This document shows, piece by piece, positions 18,899-26,951 of a DNA stretch of 64,000 nucleotides (position 1 is its first letter; every line of letters starts with the position of its first letter). The notes under the pieces were generated by a model that was given only the letters and a program-made list of their open reading frames with translations, was not told where the DNA came from and made no database searches. This DNA is from a virus (lineage: Duplodnaviria > Caudoviricetes): positions 1,139 to 65,138 of the IMG/VR virus record IMGVR_UViG_3300021403_000006. One strand, 5' to 3'. The translations under genes were made by a program, and so were the position numbers.

Positions 18899-19217
18899 CT
18901 CCACGTCCACCAGCAGCCAGTTCGTGATAGTCGCGCTCGGTAAGGACCACGAAATGTTCTCGGCATAGCTCAAAGCCGAGAACTGGGCGTCGAGACTCGA
19001 CCACTGCGTGCTGTCGAAGCTGTCGGAGGTCGTCGTACTTGAGCGTGATGGAGCGCCGGTTGTCGGTGCGCTTGAACTCAACCAGTTCCCGCTCGGTGCG
19101 ACCATCATTTCTCCGATCCCACCTAGCACCTGACCTGGGGTTACGCACGCCCCCAAAGCGCTCCATCCCTTCCCGCTCTTGCCGCCTGGACCTCGACAGG
19201 CGGTCGCCGACGCTCAC
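18603..19217 (-). CDS. PD-(D/E)XK endonuclease, Hjc-like resolvase
   Basis: SRRQE...GG...P.SGA.W..RND...LVEFKRT; the C-terminal ~100 aa are probably run-on. Confidence 0.75.
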   Translation of the reverse strand: MSVGDRLSRSRRQEREGMERFGGVRNPRSGARWDRRNDGRTERELVEFKRTDNRRSITLKYDDLRQLRQHAVVESRRPVLGFELCREHFVVLTERDYHELAAGGRGDGAAPGLRAGLADVVDGPSQASRRVRQQRQQPVLRRSPAQRSGQRGQGGLSGNPPGPPRPLPGPRPVSRLRPQQRGEVGRLGRVFRKGTAQNQAGAAP

Positions 19218-20323
19218 TTCTTGACCCTGGCCAGACGCCTAGTGGGACGCCGCTGTTCCTCCGGGCGTTGCTTGCCCTTCGCTGCGACCTCCAGTACAGC
19301 ACCGCGCAGCTTTTCTTGCAACGACAGGTCCCAACGGATTTGTTCCTCCAGGGACGATCGACCATGCCAGGACTCCTCGCCGAAGTGGTAGTACGACCCC
19401 TTAACGGTGAAAACCTCGTAGTAAATGGCGAGGGTGGTCAACTCCTTGGCCGGGTCGTAGCTACCTGGGGGGATGCGAAGCTCGTTGTGGTCGAAGTAGA
19501 AGTCGAAGCTGGCGACGCGCTCTGGGGGGTAGCTCTTGTTCTTCTTGGTGAGGCACTTTACGGAGATCCCCACCTTGCGCTGGTTGCGCTTCTCCCCCTC
19601 GGTGATCCAGTCGTCGCGTTTTAGCTCGACTCTGGTGTTGTACCAGTAGTTCTTGGCTCGGCCCCCTGGGGTGGTGCGAGGGTCGCCGAACATGATCCCG
19701 ATCTTCTCCCGCCACTGGTTGACCATGAAGCAGGTCACGGGCCGGTCGGACTCCACCAGGCTGCGCTTCATGGCCGTGTAGGCCTTGCGGAAGAACTTGC
19801 CCATGAGCCGGGCCACCTGGCCGACCTGCTGGTCGTCCATGCTGCCCTCGGTCTCCCCGATCGGCGACAGCGCCGGGAGGGAGTCGATCACTAGGGCGTC
19901 GACTGTGCGGGTCTCCAGGATGCGGATGGCGGCGTTGGTGGCCTCCTCCAGGACGTTGGTCTGCATGACCACGATGCGGTCGATGTCACAGCCCAGGTCC
20001 CTTGCCCATTCGGGCACGAACTCCTCGGCCGCGATCCAGAACACCGTCCAGTGAGGGTCCTTGGCTTGCTGGGCGGCGATGGTCTTCAAGATGATGGTGG
20101 TCTTGCCGGAGGACTCGTCGCCGTAGATCTCGTGCCAGGCGTTGACCGTCCAGCCGCCACCGAGAGCCGTGTCGAGTGCCAGAGACCCACTGGAGATGCG
20201 AGGGATGTCGGAGAAGCGAAGCTGGCTACCCCAAACGACGGTCTCCGGGCCGTACTCCTTGTTGATTTCCGCCATCACGCCCAGCACGACCTTGTGGCTG
20301 TCTGGGGGTGCTTTGGTTGTCAC
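19214..20323 (-). CDS. recA: RecA-like recombinase
   Basis: SSGSLALDTALGGG; EIYGDESSGKTT; VIDS; NQWREKIG.MFG.P.TTPGG.A. Confidence 0.95.
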   Translation of the reverse strand: MTTKAPPDSHKVVLGVMAEINKEYGPETVVWGSQLRFSDIPRISSGSLALDTALGGGWTVNAWHEIYGDESSGKTTIILKTIAAQQAKDPHWTVFWIAAEEFVPEWARDLGCDIDRIVVMQTNVLEEATNAAIRILETRTVDALVIDSLPALSPIGETEGSMDDQQVGQVARLMGKFFRKAYTAMKRSLVESDRPVTCFMVNQWREKIGIMFGDPRTTPGGRAKNYWYNTRVELKRDDWITEGEKRNQRKVGISVKCLTKKNKSYPPERVASFDFYFDHNELRIPPGSYDPAKELTTLAIYYEVFTVKGSYYHFGEESWHGRSSLEEQIRWDLSLQEKLRGAVLEVAAKGKQRPEEQRRPTRRLARVKK

Positions 20324-20436
20324 TTTTTGCTGGTCTTCTTGGCGGGTGCCTTCTTGGCGGTCTCCTTCTTCTCCTCCCCCTTCTTGCCGAAGGGCGCGGC
20401 CTGCTTGCCCCCGAAGGGCTGCTTCTTAGTTGCCAC
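20320..20436 (-). CDS. 38-aa Lys-rich peptide (not in ORF track)
   Basis: AGGAG RBS; GTG; MATKKQPFGGKQAAPFGKKGEEKKETAKKAPAKKTSKK; GTGA overlap with recA. Confidence 0.7.
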   Translation of the reverse strand: MATKKQPFGGKQAAPFGKKGEEKKETAKKAPAKKTSKK

Positions 20437-20785
20437 TGTTCGCTCCTATCCGTACGAGACGTCGTTTCCGTTTCGGTCGCCACACCGAGATCTTCCGCTT
20501 GTGAGCGTTGACCCCCTGGGAGATCACGGACTTGCCGGTGTCCTCGATCAGGCCGAGGTTCTTGGCCCTGGTGATCAGCGAGTTGGCTGCCAGCTTCTTG
20601 GAGCGGGCATCGGGGTCGTTCGGATCGAGGAAGACCTCGTCCCAGAGGTCATCCATGGAGAACTCCCGGCCGCGGCCGATGACCTTAACCAGGCCGTCCC
20701 AGACCTCCTGCTTCCAGGGGTCGTCGCCCTTGAGCCGGTTGATGTCATCCGGCTCACCCAGCACTTGTATGTCTGAGTACCTCAT
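20426..20785 (-). CDS. Winged-helix DNA-binding protein
   Basis: FSMDDL...LITRAKNLGLIEDTG...ISVWR. Confidence 0.6.
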   Translation of the reverse strand: MRYSDIQVLGEPDDINRLKGDDPWKQEVWDGLVKVIGRGREFSMDDLWDEVFLDPNDPDARSKKLAANSLITRAKNLGLIEDTGKSVISQGVNAHKRKISVWRPKRKRRLVRIGANSGN

Positions 20786-20794
20786 ATGCAGGGA

Positions 20795-21004
20795 TCAGGT
20801 GGCTTTTCCGCGCTTGGGCTGAGGTTTTCTTCCCGACTCCCTGGTCTCAGCCGCCTTCTCCGCCATCTGATGACGTCGCTTCGGCCCCTGAGCCGAGGCG
20901 TTGGAGATCGCCGCCGCCTTGGACTTGGAGTATCCCTCCTTCTTCAGGTCCTCGTACATCTTCGGCTTCTTGATTGATGGACCTGGGTCCTTACCTCCGG
21001 GCAT
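20795..21004 (-). CDS. Small basic protein (GPSIK..YE.L...G.SK..AA.I.N type)
   Basis: AGGAGG RBS; motif resembles small actinobacterial basic proteins. Confidence 0.7.
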   Translation of the reverse strand: MPGGKDPGPSIKKPKMYEDLKKEGYSKSKAAAISNASAQGPKRRHQMAEKAAETRESGRKPQPKRGKAT

Positions 21005-21557
21005 TTCTTCCTCCTACTCGGACGAGCCGTCTCCGCGGTACGTGTTCTTGCATGGTTCGTCGGGCGGTCCGGCCCAGGTACCACACCTCCATGGGCCGGT
21101 CGTTCCAGGACGGGCGTTTAGCCCCTGAGGCGCGTATCCACCCGTGCTTCATGAGGTTGGCTCGCATCCCTTTGGCTGAGTCGAGGAAGATGCCGGTATA
21201 GGCCTGTAACTCGTGGTCTGTCAGACCGTTCTCCGCATGGTAGAAGGCCCATAGCACCTGATAAGCGTGGGTGCGGCGAATCTCTAGGTCCCCGGCGTCG
21301 CCGTCGCGTTGGGGTAGCCGGATGATGTCCTCCAGGTCGGCCAGATTGGCCTCAGTGTCAAGGGGTAGCGGATCACCGGTTCGACGCTTGACCTTGTAGT
21401 GACAGATGGTGCAGAAGTCGTGGCCGTTGGTCCGAAGCTCATGCACGATCTGTCGCGCTTCAGGTCCGGAGATCCCGTGGTGCCTCAGTACCTCACGGGC
21501 ACGGGCGTTTAGCCGACGAGCGAGGTCATAGGTGACGCTCATCGGACGCTGGACCAA
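20991..21557 (-). CDS. Winged-helix DNA-binding protein
   Basis: GLTDHEL...LMKHGWIR.SG..R......EVW; start may be ATG 21542. Confidence 0.65.
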   Translation of the reverse strand: MVQRPMSVTYDLARRLNARAREVLRHHGISGPEARQIVHELRTNGHDFCTICHYKVKRRTGDPLPLDTEANLADLEDIIRLPQRDGDAGDLEIRRTHAYQVLWAFYHAENGLTDHELQAYTGIFLDSAKGMRANLMKHGWIRASGAKRPSWNDRPMEVWYLGRTARRTMQEHVPRRRLVRVGGRNARR

Positions 21558-22033
21558 CTGAAGTCGCCCGGTACCGAGGGATCGGCTTCAAAGTGGCTCT
21601 GACCACCGGGGTTGTCGGTGCGGGCGAAGGCGACCGGCCCGGAGCTACTCATCCCCACCGCGTTCAGCAGGGTGCCGGACTGGGTGAAGAGGTCGCCGTT
21701 GAAGCCGCAGTCGGTGCAGAGCGGCGCGGCCTCGGTGTGCGCCCAGCGCCGCCGGAAGTAGTTGGAGCCGCCACAGCCGGGGCACTGCCCGACCTTGCCG
21801 ATGCTGGAGGGTGCCTTGTTGACATAGCCCTGGCGCTGGACCTGGCCGTGGGTAGTGTCGCCGTTGCCTCCCGGCTGGCCGTAATCCACCTCCTGGCGCG
21901 GACCAGTCGGGGGGTACTGCGGCTCCCAGCGCACCGCCGGGCCATAGCTGGTTGGAGCGGGTGGCGGCGGCGGCTGCTGCTGCCGATTGACTACCCCTCC
22001 CAGGCGGCGCTCCCACCAACTGATGTCACTCAT
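21539..22033 (-). CDS. Zn-ribbon protein
   Basis: CPGCGGSNY...CTDCGF. Confidence 0.7.
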   Translation of the reverse strand: MSDISWWERRLGGVVNRQQQPPPPPAPTSYGPAVRWEPQYPPTGPRQEVDYGQPGGNGDTTHGQVQRQGYVNKAPSSIGKVGQCPGCGGSNYFRRRWAHTEAAPLCTDCGFNGDLFTQSGTLLNAVGMSSSGPVAFARTDNPGGQSHFEADPSVPGDFSWSSVR

Positions 22034-22039
22034 GGTTCC

Positions 22040-24055
22040 TCACTTGCACTCGGCCCAGTTGTTGCCGACACTGATGTTGACCTCCAGAGGCACGTCCAGT
22101 ACCGGCCTGGTGCCGAGACGGATGTCCTCCATGGCGGTCCGCACCAACGGTAAGACCTCGTCCACTTGGCGCTCGGCCACCTCGATGACGAACTCATCGT
22201 GGACTTGAAGCACTAATGCGGCGTCAAAGTCCTGGAGAGTCTTATGGACCTCTACGATCGCAATCTTGGCGATATCGGCCGCGGTCCCTTGGATTGGATG
22301 GTTCACGGCTTGACGTTCGGCGTAGCTGCGTTCCTTCCAATCATCGGAGGTGATCTCTGGCAACCGGCGCTTGCGCCCGTACAGGGTCTCGACGTAGCCG
22401 TGTTCCCAGCAGAAGCGCTTCACCGTCTTGCCCCACTTCTTGACACCGGGGTAGGCCCGATGCCAGGCGCTGTAGACCTCCTCGGCTTCCCGGATCGGGA
22501 TCCCGGACATGGCCTCCACCCGGCCCGGCCCACCCTCAAAGGCGAAGTTGAAGTTGGAGTTCTTGGCGATAGCTCGCTGCTCGCCGGTCACCTGGTCCTG
22601 AGGGATCCGCCAGATGAGTGAGGCGGTCTGAGCGTGCAGGTCCAGGTTGTGGGTGTAGGCATAGACCAGGAGCCGGTCCTTGGTCTGGTGGGCCAGGATG
22701 CGAAGCTCGATCTGGCTGTAGTCGGCGACGATCAGCTTCTTGCCCGGTGGGGCGCGGAACAGCCGCCGCACCATGGTGGCCTCAAAGGTCTCCTTGTGGC
22801 GAGCAGGGATGTTCTGAAGGTTGGGATCGGAGCAGGACAGCCGCCCGGTCTTGGCACGGGTCTGGTTCAGACTGGCCCGGATCCGGGAGTCCTCATCAAT
22901 GTGAGGGATGTAGCCGGAGATGTAGGTCGACTGGAGCTTTTGAAGATCCTTGAACTCCAGGACCATTCCAGGAACTGGGTGCCTCTTGGTCAAGCCCTTG
23001 AGCGCCTGGGCGCTGGTCGATCGCGCTCCGCCTTCGGTCAGGAACTCACAGCGCAGTTTGGCCTCGTCATAGAGGTAGTGGGCCAACTGGGCGGTGGAGT
23101 TCAAGTTGATGCCGTCGCGCTCAACCCACCGGGGTCGCTCACACTTGCACGCCCCGACCATCTCCCGGATCTCCGCCAGCTTCTCCGTGAACTGACGCTC
23201 CAGTTCGGGCCGGATGTGGTGGAACTCCTCCAGGTCCACAAAGGCCCCGGCCTGGCGCATGTTCATCAGGACGTGCATGACCTGCATCTCCAGGTCGAAC
23301 AGGTCAGCCAGCTTCCGGGCGGTGGCCTTGGTGAGCTTGGGGTGGATCTTCCACCACAGCATCCAGGCCATCTTGGCGTCGACCAGTGAGTAGCGAACCG
23401 CCTTCTCAAAGAAGGTCGTGTAGGCGTGTTCGCCCAGCTTGTCGGCGTAGGCCAGGCCCAGATATCGCTTGCTCAGCGCCCCCAGCTTGTAGCTGGGCAG
23501 GTTCTCGTTGAGGAGGAAGATCAGGGTGAGGGTGTCGCCATAAGGCGGAGGCGGGATCGCGCCGTCGTAGTACTTGGCGATCGAGAGCAGGTCGAAGCTG
23601 ACGTTCTGACCGATCTTGCGCCGGTCGGAGAACAGCAGTGGCTCCAGGGCGGCGAAGACGTCATCGACCTCCAACTGCTGGCGGGGGTCGGGGTGCCCGC
23701 AGGGTATGACGTCGGCACGCCCTGGACCGGCGAGGCTGATTGACCACACCGCGTTGGTCCGGGCGTCCAGGGCTGGCTTGTCCTTCTCCGCCGCCAGGCG
23801 GCACAGGTCATCGCACCACTTGCGTCCATGCCGGGGCGGGAACTCTCGCCCGCAGGATGGACACACGACGGTGCGGGTGGCGGCACGAGACGTCCCCTTG
23901 GTCGCAGGTGGGATGTCGCCCGGCAGGGTGAGCATGCGGACCTTGCGGCTGGCCCTGGTCTCTACGTCAAGGGCGAACTCGCCGAAGCGCTCGTAGGTCG
24001 CGACGACGTCCTTGAGGTCGTCAACGCTACGGATGGTCTTGGTGGCGAGGTTCAT
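22040..24055 (-). CDS. polA: Family A DNA polymerase (3'-5' exonuclease plus polymerase)
   Basis: LDVET; N..FD; TGRLSCSDPNLQNIP; ADYSQIELR; R..AK..NF; N.PIQGTAAD; QVHDE. Confidence 0.96.
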   Translation of the reverse strand: MNLATKTIRSVDDLKDVVATYERFGEFALDVETRASRKVRMLTLPGDIPPATKGTSRAATRTVVCPSCGREFPPRHGRKWCDDLCRLAAEKDKPALDARTNAVWSISLAGPGRADVIPCGHPDPRQQLEVDDVFAALEPLLFSDRRKIGQNVSFDLLSIAKYYDGAIPPPPYGDTLTLIFLLNENLPSYKLGALSKRYLGLAYADKLGEHAYTTFFEKAVRYSLVDAKMAWMLWWKIHPKLTKATARKLADLFDLEMQVMHVLMNMRQAGAFVDLEEFHHIRPELERQFTEKLAEIREMVGACKCERPRWVERDGINLNSTAQLAHYLYDEAKLRCEFLTEGGARSTSAQALKGLTKRHPVPGMVLEFKDLQKLQSTYISGYIPHIDEDSRIRASLNQTRAKTGRLSCSDPNLQNIPARHKETFEATMVRRLFRAPPGKKLIVADYSQIELRILAHQTKDRLLVYAYTHNLDLHAQTASLIWRIPQDQVTGEQRAIAKNSNFNFAFEGGPGRVEAMSGIPIREAEEVYSAWHRAYPGVKKWGKTVKRFCWEHGYVETLYGRKRRLPEITSDDWKERSYAERQAVNHPIQGTAADIAKIAIVEVHKTLQDFDAALVLQVHDEFVIEVAERQVDEVLPLVRTAMEDIRLGTRPVLDVPLEVNISVGNNWAECK

Positions 24056-24071
24056 GTGAAGTCCCTATGGT

Positions 24072-24122
24072 GAGGGGGAGATCCACTGTCGGGGCGGGTG
24101 TTCCTTCAGTGGCCTCCCCCTC
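24072..24122 (-). other. Intergenic imperfect hairpin between ssb and polA
   Basis: GAGGGGGAGATCCACTG...CAGTGGCCTCCCCCTC; no T-tract. Confidence 0.5.
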
Positions 24123-24168
24123 TGGGCAGGGCGACGGCCTGGCGGATGGCAGCGTCACCACAGCCCGA

Positions 24169-24864
24169 TCATTCGGTCGCCATGTCGGCGACCTCTTGCA
24201 GTTCCTTCCGGCTGGAGCGTTCCAGGGAGGAGTCGTCCCAGAGCTTGCTGTCGAACTTGGCGATCTCGTCCTCGGACAGCGGCTTGAAGTTCCAGTCCTC
24301 CTCCAGGTCGCGGACCTTGACCGGGCGGATCTGGGTGCGCTTGGTCTTGTCACCCACCATGGAGATGGCGAAGTAGCGACCAGACAGCGACTCGTTCTTG
24401 GCGTACTTGTCGAGGGTGTCGGTGATGGTCATGCCGCACTCGTAGGTGGTCAACTGCGGCACGTCGCCGACCAGGTCTAGGATGTTGAACCGGACCCTGG
24501 CGGTCGGGGTGTCGACCTCGTCCAGAGGGCAGTCGTCCTGGGAGCAGATGTAGCTCATCTTGTGGCCCTTCGGGACCCAGTCGCACCAGTGCTGGAGGAA
24601 GGAGGCGTAGGGGTCGTCCTCCAGGAACAGGATCAACTGCTCCTCGTCGGGGACCTTGTAGAGCTTCGACCACTTGGAAGGGGCGTTGGCCTTGGTGCGC
24701 CGATAGCCCTCCCAGCCCTTGGCTACCGCCAGGTCGCTGTCGTCGTCGGCGGTGTCTTTCTCAGGCGGGGCGGAGCGGCCTCGGTCTCTCTGGAGACGCC
24801 GTGGACGTTCCTCTTCTTCGTAGGCCTCCGCTTGGCGCGGACTGCGAACCAGTCTTCTTGGCAT
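24169..24864 (-). CDS. ssDNA-binding protein, T4 gp32-like
   Basis: ATG 24864 after AAGGAA; FLE..P....QHW...Y.C....CPL; acidic C-terminus; next to polA. Confidence 0.7.
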   Translation of the reverse strand: MPRRLVRSPRQAEAYEEEERPRRLQRDRGRSAPPEKDTADDDSDLAVAKGWEGYRRTKANAPSKWSKLYKVPDEEQLILFLEDDPYASFLQHWCDWVPKGHKMSYICSQDDCPLDEVDTPTARVRFNILDLVGDVPQLTTYECGMTITDTLDKYAKNESLSGRYFAISMVGDKTKRTQIRPVKVRDLEEDWNFKPLSEDEIAKFDSKLWDDSSLERSSRKELQEVADMATE

Positions 24865-25168
24865 GTTGGTTCCTTTGCACGATGGCAGGTGGTGGTGGTG
24901 TTTGCAGAAAGTCGTCAGCAAGGTTGGGGCTGATCTCTGACCACTCGGCGATGGTCTCCAGTTCTTCTCTGGCCAACCGATCGACCTCGATGTTGAGCGT
25001 GGCTCGCATCTGGTCAATGAGCCGTGGTCGCTGATTGGACGCAGCCCAGGCCTCGTCGTCATAGCCGAGGTCAAAGTGGCTGATCTCCGCCCCGACCTCG
25101 ATGTGGGCCGTTTCGTAATCCCTGACCCGCACGAGGTACCGGCAGTTCTTGGTCAGCTTCACAGCCAC
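24761..25168 (-). CDS. Hypothetical protein
   Basis: V..YET..IEVGAE motif; C-terminus overlaps ssb. Confidence 0.6.
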   Translation of the reverse strand: MAVKLTKNCRYLVRVRDYETAHIEVGAEISHFDLGYDDEAWAASNQRPRLIDQMRATLNIEVDRLAREELETIAEWSEISPNLADDFLQTPPPPAIVQRNQHAKKTGSQSAPSGGLRRRGTSTASPERPRPLRPA

Positions 25169-25632
25169 TCCCTCCAGGCAGCCATGACTCGTCGTGTGAA
25201 CTTCGTCCGTTGGATTCGGGGCGGATTGTCGTTAAGCAGACCCTCCTCTTTGGCGATTGCGACGATGCCCTCGATCTGGGCACGACTCCATAGACGTCTG
25301 CCTGCGTCTCCACGAGTACCTGCGAGTGGAGGTGTCTGGTACTTCGCTTTCGGCAGCCAACCTTTTCGAATCCACGCCCTTAGGGTCACGGAGTCGCGGT
25401 GCAGGGCTTTGGCCAAGCTGCCGATCGGAAACATCTCCAGGTCGGCTTCCCGACCATCGGCGAAGCGGACGTGCTTCTTCCAGGGTCGGGCGTCCCAGGA
25501 CTGGTTCGCTTTGGCCTCGGCTCGCTCCACGGCCACACGCTCCTGCCGGGCCTGCCTGGACTCCCGCCGCTTGCGCCGGGAGCCGGGGTAGTACTCATCG
25601 AGATCGGCGAAGCTCGGCATCGGGAAGGCCAT
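25159..25632 (-). CDS. MerR-like HTH DNA-binding protein
   Basis: FPIGSLAKAL.R...TLRAW...G.LP...RRLWS. Confidence 0.8.
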   Translation of the reverse strand: MAFPMPSFADLDEYYPGSRRKRRESRQARQERVAVERAEAKANQSWDARPWKKHVRFADGREADLEMFPIGSLAKALHRDSVTLRAWIRKGWLPKAKYQTPPLAGTRGDAGRRLWSRAQIEGIVAIAKEEGLLNDNPPRIQRTKFTRRVMAAWREWL

Positions 25633-26099
25633 CAGTTCACCGGCCTGTCGGCGTCGTCCAGCAGGATCAGGCTGTAGCTGACCCGCTGGGGGAACATCCG
25701 CGACAGTTCGTCGTCAGTGATCTTCCGGTCGTAGTAGGCGGCGTGGACCTTGCCCTCGTCCAGCACCGGCACCCACTCGACCACCTCGTCCCACAGGCCC
25801 TTCTCCTTCAGGATCCGCTCGGCCACCTCGGTATTCAGCCCGGTACCCACGGAGCGCTGAGCCTTCAGCCTGAGGATCTTGCGATCGCCGACCGGCTCTC
25901 CCAGTTCCAGAAAAATAGACCCTTTGCTCGGCTCTGTTTCACCAAACCGTTGGACGATTTTTAGCAGAGCGTCTTTGCCTTCATTCAGCGAGCTTGTTAT
26001 CAGCTTTGACTGGAACTTGACGCCCCACCAACCTTCAACCTGATGGCGCAGCGTGGCCAGGTCCAAGGCCTCTTCTTCTCGCCGACGCAGTCTTGCCAT
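25632..26099 (-). CDS. Hypothetical protein
   Basis: TACCCT-N7-ATG start; TGATG coupling. Confidence 0.7.
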   Translation of the reverse strand: MARLRRREEEALDLATLRHQVEGWWGVKFQSKLITSSLNEGKDALLKIVQRFGETEPSKGSIFLELGEPVGDRKILRLKAQRSVGTGLNTEVAERILKEKGLWDEVVEWVPVLDEGKVHAAYYDRKITDDELSRMFPQRVSYSLILLDDADRPVN

Positions 26100-26106
26100 G
26101 CCCTGA

Positions 26107-26140
26107 AGGGTAACGGCACTGACCTATGTCAAAGGGTCAA
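26107..26140 (-). promoter_or_regulatory. Putative leaderless promoter
   Basis: TACCCT (26112-26107) 7 nt before ATG; two TTGAC motifs upstream. Confidence 0.55.
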
Positions 26141-26163
26141 TGGCGGCAAGTTCCGATAGGTTT

Positions 26164-26493
26164 CTAAGCCCCGTATGCGCTCACAATGAACGCCGGGATC
26201 CCTTCGCTCTCTGCACGTCTCAGCAGCTTTTCCGTGTCACGGTTCTGACTCAGTCGATCCATGAAGGCCACCACGATGTTGGGCCGGACCCAGTCCTTTA
26301 CGCGACGATGCTCCAGGTGCTTGAAGAAGGAAACTTCTTCCTCAAGCCCCCGGAGCGATCCGTCGTCCAGGATGATGATGACCTCTGTCCACTGGCGTCC
26401 CTGGGTATTCAGTCCTTCCAGGAGTGCCCGCATCAGCAAGGTGTCGTCAGTAAGACGACTCCCACAGAAGAGGTAGCGAGGTCCGTACCTCAG
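26164..26493 (-). CDS. SLOG-superfamily (YspA/DUF2493-like) protein
   Basis: Frame extends upstream of 26439 to RYLFCGSR..D; later PNIVVAF...T......A...GIPAFIV; start uncertain (CTG 26493 or TTG 26439). Confidence 0.6.
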   Translation of the reverse strand: MRYGPRYLFCGSRLTDDTLLMRALLEGLNTQGRQWTEVIIILDDGSLRGLEEEVSFFKHLEHRRVKDWVRPNIVVAFMDRLSQNRDTEKLLRRAESEGIPAFIVSAYGA

Positions 26494-26951
26494 TGCGTAC
26501 CGTTCATCTCTACTCGATGCTCTTCGACGGCAGTCAAGATTTGTGACACCGCTGTGCTGATTTGCTCGTTGAGTTTGCCGTAGGATCGGTCCTCTTTCCG
26601 CACGGCGTTCTTCCTTGTGTACGCAGCTTGTTTCCCCAGATTCCGAAGCCTGGTCCTGGTGTCACGAGACTGCTTACGCAAGGGTCGTACCGACTGCATC
26701 TGCTCCTCGCCCGCTGGTAAGTACTGGAAGACGTTCTTCTGCTCCTCTGGATCGTATGAGCAGTTGGTGATGCATGCCCCTCGGTCCTGCGCCCAGTGAC
26801 GAACGGCGGACATATCCGTGGTCAACGAGGTGTCCACCTCTCGCTCCAAGGCGTACGCAAGTCCGGTATACGTGTACTTCACATGGGGGTGATCCCTGAG
26901 GAAGTCATAGAGTTCCTGACGTCGACTTTCGACGTAGTCGCTATCGCTCAT
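26490..26951 (-). CDS. Hypothetical, possible winged-helix protein
   Basis: LYDFL...YTY..LA..L; ATGA-coupled to the upstream regulator gene. Confidence 0.6.
   Translation of the reverse strand: MSDSDYVESRRQELYDFLRDHPHVKYTYTGLAYALEREVDTSLTTDMSAVRHWAQDRGACITNCSYDPEEQKNVFQYLPAGEEQMQSVRPLRKQSRDTRTRLRNLGKQAAYTRKNAVRKEDRSYGKLNEQISTAVSQILTAVEEHRVEMNGTH

Noticed and set aside
18606-18966. N-terminal extension of the exonuclease ORF
   Set aside because: Shadow frame of whiB; low-complexity translation
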